NCBI GenBank assembly: GCA_030641245.1
Contig: DAOWHU010000054.1
Location: 1-25,528 of the forward strand
Direction of reading: 5' to 3'
Length of the DNA stretch: 25,528 bases
Origin: a bacterium
GTDB taxonomy: Bacteria > Patescibacteriota > Minisyncoccia > Moranbacterales > DUUL01
In this document: in pieces, positions 16,676-25,442 of the stretch
Numbering within the stretch: the first letter of the stretch is position 1
Layout: the number at the start of each line of letters is the position of its first letter
Notes under the pieces: model-generated
Databases searched by the model: none
Seen by the model: only the letters and a program-made list of their open reading frames with translations
Told to the model about the DNA's origin: nothing
Made by a program: the position numbers and the translations under genes

Positions 16676-17347
16676 CTAATTTTTTCTCTTATCGTCAAGA
16701 CAATGCCTCTGAATATTCGCATACCCTAGAAGCCCTAAAGCCAAAACTTCCAAGACTTCCTCGGTCAATCTAGATAAATGAACAATGGCTGAATTACAAG
16801 AAGCCTCCAAACAAAAAACAAAGCTTGGATTCTTCTGCATAAATCCATCCACAAGATCCAAAGAAATAGCTATTCCTAAAATTAAAAAGGCTATTACTAT
16901 CGGCTTTTTATTTCTATTCAAAGTATCTTTCCAAAGAAGATAAAGAAAAGCGCCCAAAGAAAAAATTAAAAGAGGAAAATAGATAATAACCCAGGTATAG
17001 GTTGGAAAAAAATTAAAAATAGTTGTATTATCTACAAAAAAACCACTTAAACGCTCGTGAAAATATATCGCATCATCCATACTAAAAAAGAAAAAAATAA
17101 CCGCTAAAAAATACCAAATTTTTTCTTTTGATTCAAGATAAACGCTAAAACAAGAAAGGGCAATAAAAAACATCGCCAGCGAGCTGATCCAAGTAAGCGG
17201 AGTCTGCTCTCGAGTAGCCAAAAATATATCACTCAAAATAGTTCCTGGATAATAAAAGAAAGTCAACAAATCAACGACCACCAAAAGTATTACCAACAAA
17301 AAACCCATCCTGTATAACCTCCGTATAAAATAAGGCGAAAAATGCAT
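16676..17347 (-). CDS. Multi-pass membrane protein, 223 aa
   Basis: About six hydrophobic helices; MDDAIYFHE and EEVLE polar motifs. Confidence 0.75.
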   Translation of the reverse strand: MHFSPYFIRRLYRMGFLLVILLVVVDLLTFFYYPGTILSDIFLATREQTPLTWISSLAMFFIALSCFSVYLESKEKIWYFLAVIFFFFSMDDAIYFHERLSGFFVDNTTIFNFFPTYTWVIIYFPLLIFSLGAFLYLLWKDTLNRNKKPIVIAFLILGIAISLDLVDGFMQKNPSFVFCLEASCNSAIVHLSRLTEEVLEVLALGLLGYANIQRHCLDDKRKN

Positions 17348-17587
17348 ATTCTATCATTTAATATAATTTATTCTTCGCTGAAATATTAACATATTTTTTA
17401 CAAAAACTCGAACTCCTGATTTTCCTTGGTTTAACCAAGAGAAATTATGAAAAAAAATTGAATTTACTGTGTCCACAAAAAACAACCAAAAAATAAAAAG
17501 ATAGGCCAATTCGACCCCATCCTCTTATAATCTGAAACTCTTCCTGAGAACTTTTCATTTTTTGAATAAACCTTTCCTCACAAATTC

Positions 17588-17770
17588 CTACAAAGCTTTT
17601 TCTCCTTCTTCATTGCCGTCATCCAAGCAATGACCATCACTTTCGAAAGCTCGTCCATCTTGCAAGCAAACCAGAATTTTTTCACCATTAGACAAAATTA
17701 CTCTAACAACAGCTCCTTTGTAAATCTCCAGCTTGACCCCTTTAAGATCTTCTTTCATAAGCATAAGCAT
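17588..17770 (-). CDS. Hypothetical protein, ~60 aa
   Basis: AAAGGAG RBS points to the ATG at 17770. Confidence 0.5.
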   Translation of the reverse strand: MLMLMKEDLKGVKLEIYKGAVVRVILSNGEKILVCLQDGRAFESDGHCLDDGNEEGEKAL

Positions 17771-17886
17771 ACCGACTCTCCTTTTCAACAAAAATTATTA
17801 TTTCATTATCTTAAATCACTTAAATAGATTACTTACTATATCCCCAATCCAAATAAAAATCAACTCTCCTTAAAAGAATTTTTTAT

Positions 17887-17928
17887 ACTAAATACTAAAT
17901 ACAATATACTATATACTATATACTAATT
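17887..17928. repeat. TACTAAA/TACTATA heptad tandem repeat
   Basis: Six imperfect 7-mers. Confidence 0.7.
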
Positions 17929-18020
17929 GCCGTGCTATCCTACCTAATCAAGATCTTTGACAAAACCATACGTAAGAAGATTTATAAACTTTTAATTGAA
18001 AAATTTGAAAAGGAGGCACC

Positions 18021-19895
18021 ATGGAAACTCAGCCCGAACAACCGAAACAACCAAAAGACGACCTAGGCTTACCTTTTTCTCCTGAAAAAATGGAAGTTGC
18101 CGCTGTTTTTTTTGAAAGCTTGGCTAAAACCATCCGCTCTCTCAAAGTTTTACTAAATTCAGCTCCCGTTACGGCCACCCCAATAAACAACGATCCTATT
18201 TCTAAGCTCGTTCCAGAATCAGAAACCGTCGTTAGACCCAAAGCAGAAGCCGAAAAAAAAGCTTCGGAGTCAACCTCACCCATAGAACCTGAACCAGTCC
18301 TGGGAATCCCCGAAGACCAAATTGATTTTACTGATCGAATTGAGACAATCACAAGGATCGAAGAAGATTCTGAATTAGGCAAATATTTGACCTCTTTTAT
18401 GGAAAAACTCTTTATCGATTGGATACCAGTCTATGCAAAAAAAACCAGAAGGATAGCCAATCTAAGCAAATGGCATCAAGCTTTTAATCTTTCTAACAAC
18501 TATTCAATTCTCCTTTGGAAAGGTCAGGGATCAATTAAAAGCACCGAGAAAATCATCCTAAGCCACTTTGGCTTAAAATTAAATGAGGCTCTCAATATTG
18601 GAAAAGCATTCCAAAAAGACAAAGCTTCAATTCTCGGCAACAGAGTCGCTAATCCTAAAATCACAAAAGCTTTATCAAAAGTCAAAAACCTCAGAGGAAA
18701 CTTGATTTTGGCCAGAGCGTTTCTGGCCTTTCTGAGAAGTCAAACCCCGAAAAAAGGGAAAATAGCTTTTTGCTATAATCTCGGTTTTCACAGCTCTATT
18801 TTTTATCAATTCACAGTTGTCCCTCTTCCAAAACACGCCAGTTTTGCAACAATAAAAGCTGCCCGAGTAGCCTTGATGCTTGGATATTCTCTAGAACAAG
18901 CCATCGAAAAAGGCCTCAAAATAACCGGCGAAAAACTGGGAAATGAAGATGAACCAGCAGATGGTTCTTCCGGTAATGATGACAGCCCAAAAAGTAACGA
19001 TCCTAATATTATTCTTTTCGATAACCCGGAAAAAGTAGAGTGTTTAATCGCCTTCCTAAAAAATAATCTAGCGCAATTTGCTGAAAATCAGACGGGAGAA
19101 TCCCCTGAAACTATTAAACTCGAATGGTTAAAAGAAATTGAGCTTAATCCAAATGACTGGGAAGTTTTTCTAAAAGAAAAATCTTTGAAAATAAAAAAAA
19201 TCAAAGGTTTGATTGAAACCATAGGCATTCTCCAGGACAATGATTTGACTCTTGAAGCTGCTGTTCAGACTGGCAAAAAAATTCTGAAAAACAAGGGCTC
19301 GTCTGATGATAAAACTGAAAAAGAACCTTTCCGACTCGATGATGAAGAACTAAGTTCTGAAGAACAACTTCATTTCACCAATTTTCTAAAAAACTTTTGG
19401 GATCAGTGGGGAAAAAACAAACAAGGAAAAAGTGAGAAACCCTTCTTCAAAGAATTTAAAATTAAAAAAAGTCGGTTCGAAAACATTTGCGCCCAAAGAG
19501 ATCCTATCACTGTTGGCCAAGCAACTGCCTTACTTCATAAAATTAATCCCAAACTCACTCTTGAACAAGTTCTCAATTTTAAATTCTCCAAAGAAGATTC
19601 TCCCGAACCCACTGTTAATCAATCACTGACCGACCTTCTAAGCTTAGAAGAGCAAAAACAGTTCACCGCCTATCTCAATTTCAACAAAAAAGCATGGAGG
19701 CCTGAGCCCGAACATTCCAAAGGAGTAACGTTCTTTAGCGTTCACGGCATCAACAAAGCCCGGTTTGAACAAGCTAAAATTAGAGCAAACAGAGATTGCG
19801 CAACTAATCTAGCTCACAAAATAGAAGGAGCCTCCTTAGAACAAGCCTTGCGAGATGGAGAGGAAGAATTAAAAAATCCACTAACTTCCGCTTAA
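18021..19895 (+). CDS. Hypothetical protein, 624 aa, with five internal repeat modules
   Basis: AAAGGAGG RBS; recurring FxxFL...L(S/T)LEQA pattern. Confidence 0.8.
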   Translation: METQPEQPKQPKDDLGLPFSPEKMEVAAVFFESLAKTIRSLKVLLNSAPVTATPINNDPISKLVPESETVVRPKAEAEKKASESTSPIEPEPVLGIPEDQIDFTDRIETITRIEEDSELGKYLTSFMEKLFIDWIPVYAKKTRRIANLSKWHQAFNLSNNYSILLWKGQGSIKSTEKIILSHFGLKLNEALNIGKAFQKDKASILGNRVANPKITKALSKVKNLRGNLILARAFLAFLRSQTPKKGKIAFCYNLGFHSSIFYQFTVVPLPKHASFATIKAARVALMLGYSLEQAIEKGLKITGEKLGNEDEPADGSSGNDDSPKSNDPNIILFDNPEKVECLIAFLKNNLAQFAENQTGESPETIKLEWLKEIELNPNDWEVFLKEKSLKIKKIKGLIETIGILQDNDLTLEAAVQTGKKILKNKGSSDDKTEKEPFRLDDEELSSEEQLHFTNFLKNFWDQWGKNKQGKSEKPFFKEFKIKKSRFENICAQRDPITVGQATALLHKINPKLTLEQVLNFKFSKEDSPEPTVNQSLTDLLSLEEQKQFTAYLNFNKKAWRPEPEHSKGVTFFSVHGINKARFEQAKIRANRDCATNLAHKIEGASLEQALRDGEEELKNPLTSA

Positions 19896-19926
19896 CCTCG
19901 ACCCAAACAAACCACCAAACATTTTT

Positions 19927-19960
19927 AAAGACCCTGAACGTAATTACATCCAGGGTCTTT
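19927..19960. terminator. AAAGACCCTG-N14-CAGGGTCTTT hairpin
   Basis: After the stop at 19895; compensatory variant of the 13882 stem. Confidence 0.7.
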
Positions 19961-19994
19961 AGTTTTTTTCAATAATCATCTTGCTCTTCCTTTC

Positions 19995-20314
19995 TCAAAT
20001 CTCCGCTCCAGCCAAATTTTTATCTGACAGAACACTCTGCATTGCCGCTATTGCTTCCACCGATTTCCTGTATTGTCGCAACAAAGTCTTCAGTGGTCTC
20101 CCGCCCGCTAACAGTGGTTGCTCCTGATTAATCAAACGCAAAAAAGACTCTAGACTTTTTTCATCTGAAACTCTAAACTCCATCTGCTCAACATTGATCT
20201 CAACAATATCAACGACATCGTTGTACTGAAGAACTTACCCCAAGATCTTCTAACTGACCTTCTACCAATCGCAAACCCCACCACCCCAGTTATAATAATC
20301 CAAAGAATATTCAT
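19995..20314 (-). pseudogene. Probable single-TM protein gene split by a 1-nt frameshift
   Basis: MNILWIIITGVVGFAIGRRSVRRSWGK from ATG 20314 joins VLQYNDVVDIVEINVEQMEFRVS... in another frame; span is 320 nt. Confidence 0.45.
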
Positions 20315-20383
20315 AACAATAACTAACTTAGTAACTAAAATTTCTCTAGCGAGCGGAGGAACGAAATTTTCCGCTCCCCCCCA

Positions 20384-20644
20384 TCAAACCTTTTTCTCTC
20401 TAAATTTCAAGGAAAGAAAAGTCCCGACTACCCAGATCATACCAACAACAAGAAGAAACTGCCAAAAATATTTTCTTGCAAAAATTAAAATTTGAAGAAT
20501 ACTTTTCACAAAAATTATTGCTACTCCCAAAGCAACGGTCATTAGATTGATATTATAAAAAAACACCAATCCAACAATCAAAATTATTGTGATTATCACC
20601 CAATAAGTAAACTCCCCTCCCGTAACTTTTTTTTTCTTTCTCAC
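20384..20644 (-). CDS. Small membrane protein, 86 aa
   Basis: GTG start with GGAGG RBS; three hydrophobic segments. Confidence 0.7.
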   Translation of the reverse strand: MRKKKKVTGGEFTYWVIITIILIVGLVFFYNINLMTVALGVAIIFVKSILQILIFARKYFWQFLLVVGMIWVVGTFLSLKFREKKV

Positions 20645-20758
20645 AGGCCTCCCCCCTTCTTCTTGAAAAAATTAAACGCTCACTAGAAAAATTTTAAAGA
20701 ACTTTTCTACCACCTTATACTAAATACTATTTTATTGCTAATTGCTAATTGTTAATTG

Positions 20759-21712
20759 TTAAACCCCAATCACCTGATGAACCAACTTCTCATCTTTCAA
20801 AAATCTTTCAATCGAACTAAGAGCCTCTTCATACATTCTATTCATAGAATCATCTGCGTAAAAAGCCACGTGCGGAGTAATAATTACATTGGACATTTCC
20901 AAAAGTTCTTTGTTGTCGTTAATGTTCTTCTCGTGCTCCAAAACATCCAAAACAGCATAAGCGATTTTTTCCGATTTCAAACCTTTCACTAAATCAGGAG
21001 TTTTAACCACTCCTCCTCTAGAAGTATTGATAATCACCACTCCTTTCTTCATTTTATCAATTACCTTGTTACTGACTAAATGATGAGTCTCTGGCAACAA
21101 TGGACAATGTAGAGAAATTATATCGGATTTTTGCCAAATCTCATCTTGTTTAACATATTCAAAATGATTTTCCCGTGCCAAATCTTCATCGGGAAAAGGG
21201 TCATAAGCCACCACATCCATCAAAAATCCCAGGCTAGCCATCCGAGCCACATTTCTACCAATTTTGCCCGTTCCAATAATCCCCAATGTTTTACCCTTCA
21301 GAGCGATTCCCCTCAATCCCTGAAATTCAAACTTATGCTCTTTTTCTACTCGCTCTTCTCCTTCCGAAATTCGACGAATTCCCGACAGTAACAAAGCAAA
21401 AACATGTTCCGCAATTACATGCGAGCCATAATCTGGGACATTGCAAATGATTAGACCTTTTTCTTTAGCAGCTTTTAAATCAATATGATCATAACCAACG
21501 CTCCGAGTAACAATCAATTTTAATTTTGGTAAACTCTTAATAACTTTCTGAGAAATCTGAGAATAAATAAAAACACACAAAATCTCCGTATCTTGACATT
21601 TCTCAATAATTTCATCCTCAGGCAAGACCCCCGAAAGAATCTTAGCCTTTGAAAAAACTTTTTGAACTTTATTCTTATCCTCGTCCTCAACCTCTAAAAA
21701 TGTAATTTTCAT
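20759..21712 (-). CDS. D-isomer-specific 2-hydroxyacid dehydrogenase (D-lactate dehydrogenase-like)
   Basis: GTGKIG Rossmann motif, LHCPL, INTSRG, LDVLEHE, ITPHVAF; substrate not determinable from sequence. Confidence 0.92.
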   Translation of the reverse strand: MKITFLEVEDEDKNKVQKVFSKAKILSGVLPEDEIIEKCQDTEILCVFIYSQISQKVIKSLPKLKLIVTRSVGYDHIDLKAAKEKGLIICNVPDYGSHVIAEHVFALLLSGIRRISEGEERVEKEHKFEFQGLRGIALKGKTLGIIGTGKIGRNVARMASLGFLMDVVAYDPFPDEDLARENHFEYVKQDEIWQKSDIISLHCPLLPETHHLVSNKVIDKMKKGVVIINTSRGGVVKTPDLVKGLKSEKIAYAVLDVLEHEKNINDNKELLEMSNVIITPHVAFYADDSMNRMYEEALSSIERFLKDEKLVHQVIGV

Positions 21713-21851
21713 GATCTTAGTCTATAAAGTTAAAAAGTTTACCCTGCAGGGGTTCCATTGTTAATTGTTCATTGTTCATTGCTATTTCTTCCCCGCCCGT
21801 CGTAACCCTGCCTACCGACCGGCAGATTCAGCGAAGACAGGCTAATTGCTA

Positions 21852-22139
21852 TTAATCAGCTTTTCTTTTTAAAATTTCTTTTACAGCATAATATTCTTCT
21901 AATTCACCAAATATTTGCTTGGCGAACTTATCATAATCTTCCAGACTTATTTTTTTTTCAAGCCAATTGAATTTTCTTTCAATTCTTTGTTTTATCAAAT
22001 CACTTTCTTCTTCGGTAAGTTCTAAATCTTTACCCTCTAAATAACCCTCTCTTTTCAGTTTCTCCTCTCTTTCATTCAAATACGCTTCTCTCTTCAATGT
22101 TTCTTCGCTTTTATTGTCCACATCAAAATTTTCCATCAT
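21852..22139 (-). CDS. Hypothetical charged protein, 95 aa
   Basis: Intact ORF with coding-like composition. Confidence 0.55.
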   Translation of the reverse strand: MMENFDVDNKSEETLKREAYLNEREEKLKREGYLEGKDLELTEEESDLIKQRIERKFNWLEKKISLEDYDKFAKQIFGELEEYYAVKEILKRKAD

Positions 22140-22275
22140 CTACTTTTGTTTTAAAAATTAATTTGTGATTTAAATTTGATTTGTCCCAAAGGGACTCTAT
22201 TTCTAATTGTTCCTTGTTCATTGTTCATTGTTGATAGTCTCGGTGTTCGTTGAACACCGAGATCTATTTAATCGC

Positions 22276-22524
22276 CTAACTGGCAATCAAGCTTCTTTCT
22301 GTGAGATTTTTAAAAGCGTTTAAAATCCCCATTTCGTCCTTCCAAAAAAAGGTTCGTTCAAAGTCTTCAGCCGTTTCTTTTGACAAATGGAACTCATCAA
22401 AAGTTACCCCCTCACCAGCTACAAAATTTTTTAACAAATCATCGAAAACCGCTTTCCCCATATTAGGAAATTTTAAAAAAAACTTTTTTCGAAGATCTTC
22501 TCCCCAGTCAATTCTATTTTCCAT
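22276..22524 (-). CDS. Hypothetical protein, 82 aa
   Basis: GGGAGG RBS before ATG. Confidence 0.6.
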   Translation of the reverse strand: MENRIDWGEDLRKKFFLKFPNMGKAVFDDLLKNFVAGEGVTFDEFHLSKETAEDFERTFFWKDEMGILNAFKNLTERSLIAS

Positions 22525-22671
22525 CTTCTTAACCCTCCCGTTTTAAGAACATTATTAACCTTTCTCCCTGCTCCCATGATACACCAGCCTCTTCTTAAAA
22601 TCAAACCCTTCTTAGTTAATTTCTAATTTTCAATTTCTAATTTCTAAACAATTTTATAATACTTTAATTCC

Positions 22672-22743
22672 TTAATTACGCAAGCTCCGCTTGCGTTCAT
22701 TTAAACATTTCAAAATTTAATCACCTGCCGGCCGGTAGGCGGG
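22672..22743. repeat. 52-nt repeat (GCAAGC-TCC-GCTTGC core) plus a 20-bp palindrome
   Basis: 22672-22723 matches 23634-23685 at 45/52; CCTGCCGGCCGGTAGGCGGG at 22724-22743. Confidence 0.8.
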
Positions 22744-22906
22744 TTACAAATTATAAATTTATTTTACTCTATACCAAATACTTTTTTTCTGCTTTAATTA
22801 AAGCGTATGTTCTTTGAGATTGGTGGTCTCAGACTCGGACCAACAGCGGTCCAAAATTTTCATATTTTATTTCTTCTAACTTATTTCAAGCCCAGGAGGA
22901 TTTTGA

Positions 22907-23383
22907 ATGAAAAAACTCTACTTGGCGCTTACTTGCGCCTTAATTACGGCATTTTCCCTAGCCACATCCTCGATGGCCATGGAAGCTCCACGGTCTAACC
23001 TTTACCTGTTTGCCCCTGGTGGGACTACGAATCCCGCTCTCCAGGTTATTATGCATTCAAACAATATACTGATAGTGACGACAGAAAAAAATTTCCGGCC
23101 CTTTATCCTGGTCGAGAATAACGGGGGATTGGGAACTACCACAGTATTTTTAGGTTGTGCTGTTGCTTCCTGGAGCCCCCATTTTGATTTGCAGAAAGCG
23201 AACTTGGTTCCTGACGGAAGTTTCACCCCGAATATGATAACTGCTTATATCGGTACCGACGATCTTGCCGCTAGCAACTGGTTAGCGACGATAAATTGGA
23301 CAGGAGGATCGGCATCAAAATTCTCGTTTTTAGTCGCTCCATCCATTGAGAATACTGCTTCGGCTGCAGATAATTCCGCCTGA
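22907..23383 (+). CDS. Secreted hypothetical protein, 158 aa
   Basis: CAGGAGG RBS; MKKLYLALTCALITAFSLATSSMA signal peptide. Confidence 0.75.
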   Translation: MKKLYLALTCALITAFSLATSSMAMEAPRSNLYLFAPGGTTNPALQVIMHSNNILIVTTEKNFRPFILVENNGGLGTTTVFLGCAVASWSPHFDLQKANLVPDGSFTPNMITAYIGTDDLAASNWLATINWTGGSASKFSFLVAPSIENTASAADNSA

Positions 23384-23551
23384 CATATCAGTCTACGGAA
23401 TATCGAGAAGTCACACCCTAAAAACCACCATTAAAAAACGACCACCAATCTCGTTTTTAGAACCCCAAAGAAATCCCCGGAGATCAGAAATCTTTTCCCC
23501 GGGGATTTTCACGTCTAAAAACAAAACTAATTTTGAATTTCTAATTTTGAA

Positions 23552-23728
23552 CCCGCCTACCAGCCGGCAGGTTTTGATTCAATTTTTTACCCTGTTTGAT
23601 AACCTATCTACACAGGGTGACTTACCTAATTCTTTAATTACGCAAGCAAAGCTTGCGTCCATTCAAACATTCCAAAATTTAGTCATTGAAAATTGATTGA
23701 AAATTGTAAATTGGTTTATTGTAAATTT
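23552..23728. repeat. 20-bp palindrome, 52-nt repeat and heptad repeats
   Basis: CCCGCCTACCAGCCGGCAGG at 23552-23571; 52-nt copy at 23634-23685; TTGAAAA/TTGTAAA units to 23726. Confidence 0.8.
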
Positions 23729-25346
23729 AGCTAGCTTTCTCTAGCGTTGTGATTTCTCTCCAAACCCTCTGCCCCCTCCTCCCATAAACAATCGTCCCTC
23801 TATCCGTCGACTCCACTCCTTTTAAATCACCAGGAATTTGACTAACAATTTTAAACCCCTCAATTTTAGGATTCATAAAACTATTTTTAGCCCCTCGAAG
23901 AACTGGCCAAACCATAACCACCCTTCCTCCCGGTTTCAAAATTTTTCTGAACTCTCTAATCGCTCCCGTATATAAAACCTCTAAATCTTTTTTAACTTTT
24001 TCAATATTACCAGCCTTTTTTTGTGGTCCCAAATAAGGCTCGGTCACAATCACATCCACCGATCCTTCTTTAATAATTCCCGCCAACTTAACGGCATTCC
24101 CCACTCTCACTTCAAATGAATTTTTTTTCGATAAATTAAACCTTTCCTGAACCCATTCTAAATTTTTTCGAGTATTTTTAACCGCCTTTTCCGAAACATC
24201 TACTCCAATCACATCCTGAACTCCTAACAACATCGCCTCCATCAAGATCGTTCCTGATCCACAAAATGGGTCCAGTAAAACTTGATCAGTAGGTGACTGT
24301 TTCGTATTATCCTTTTGCAATGACAAATCAGAATTTTGAGATAAATTTTTCACTCCAGCGGAGTCTCCTTGAGAAATAATTTTTGAAGCCCTGGCTTCAG
24401 CTAAGGTAATAAAATTTTTGGAAGATTTAGCCGAAATTATAGCTTTGTCATAAGAAGGATAATCCGGAATAGTCACCCTCCCCTGCAAACCAATATTCAA
24501 CATCATTTGAGCCAACTTTGGCGGAATCATTCCTGACTGACTATCTCGAGCTGGTCGATTATAGTCTCGAAAAGAAAGTTCCTCAAAATCCTGAACAGCC
24601 TTGGTAATTCCCAAATATTTCTTGCCTTGCCCGGTCACCACTATAAATTCTTGCCCTCGATCAATCATCTTATTTTTGGCCACTACTACACTAGAAAGAT
24701 TGTTGCCCTTGCTAGTTATCCACCGACACGAAATTTCTCGAGCCTTTAATTCTCGTTTAATATCCATCGCCAATTTCTTCAGATTAAACTCTTCGCCATG
24801 ACTGTTTTTGCTGTATCCGCCTCTGGAGGAGGATTCTCCATAAAAAGAAAACCCAAACTTATATTTCCCCTCGAACTTCTCCGGCAAATACTTCTCCACC
24901 GCCCCCAACAACTCCTCAGAGTTCTTTCTTGGCTCCGCAGGGATCTTATTGCCCATTGCCTGCCCTTTCGAGTCTTTACCGAAAGAAAAGTTTTGAGGTT
25001 TATGATTTTTTTCTTTAATTGAAGTTTGAACTTTTGAATTTTGTAATTTATTTGCTCGCCTCGGTGTAGCTTTAGCGAGACGGGTTATTTGTAATTTATT
25101 ATTTGTAATTTCATTGCTAATTGCCTGCCTCGGCGTAGCTTCAGCAGAGACGGGTTCCTTGATCATTGCCAACTTAACCGTTCCTCCCAATTTCTTAATC
25201 ACTTTCTGCTCATCAATCTTTTTTTCAAATTCCACCCTAAAAACCTCCTTGTTGATCAAAGAGTATTTTTTCGGTTGAAATTTATTCAATATCTCCGCCA
25301 CCGATAAAGCCGGATTATTTCCTAATATAAAAAAGTATGAAAACAT
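23727..25346 (-). CDS. Trm11-like (tRNA m2G10-type) SAM-dependent methyltransferase with low-complexity insertions
   Basis: YFFILGNNPALSVAE N-terminus, GMIPPKLAQMM, LLDPFCGSGT, IVTEPYLGP; ATG at 25346 preferred over GTG at 25361. Confidence 0.8.
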   Translation of the reverse strand: MFSYFFILGNNPALSVAEILNKFQPKKYSLINKEVFRVEFEKKIDEQKVIKKLGGTVKLAMIKEPVSAEATPRQAISNEITNNKLQITRLAKATPRRANKLQNSKVQTSIKEKNHKPQNFSFGKDSKGQAMGNKIPAEPRKNSEELLGAVEKYLPEKFEGKYKFGFSFYGESSSRGGYSKNSHGEEFNLKKLAMDIKRELKAREISCRWITSKGNNLSSVVVAKNKMIDRGQEFIVVTGQGKKYLGITKAVQDFEELSFRDYNRPARDSQSGMIPPKLAQMMLNIGLQGRVTIPDYPSYDKAIISAKSSKNFITLAEARASKIISQGDSAGVKNLSQNSDLSLQKDNTKQSPTDQVLLDPFCGSGTILMEAMLLGVQDVIGVDVSEKAVKNTRKNLEWVQERFNLSKKNSFEVRVGNAVKLAGIIKEGSVDVIVTEPYLGPQKKAGNIEKVKKDLEVLYTGAIREFRKILKPGGRVVMVWPVLRGAKNSFMNPKIEGFKIVSQIPGDLKGVESTDRGTIVYGRRGQRVWREITTLEKAS

Positions 25347-25442
25347 TTTATGCTTAGTCACTTAACTGATTAATTTATTTTCCCTATAAGGATCCGCCGA
25401 AGAGGCGGGTTTGAATTTTATTATTTGTAATTTGTTTTGACA

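Noticed and set aside
16364-25022. Shadow ORFs such as 16364-16729, 18029-18382, 20756-20992, 21131-21391, 22301-22546, 23002-23226, 24601-24801 and 24798-25022
   Set aside because: They are antisense overlaps of better-supported genes
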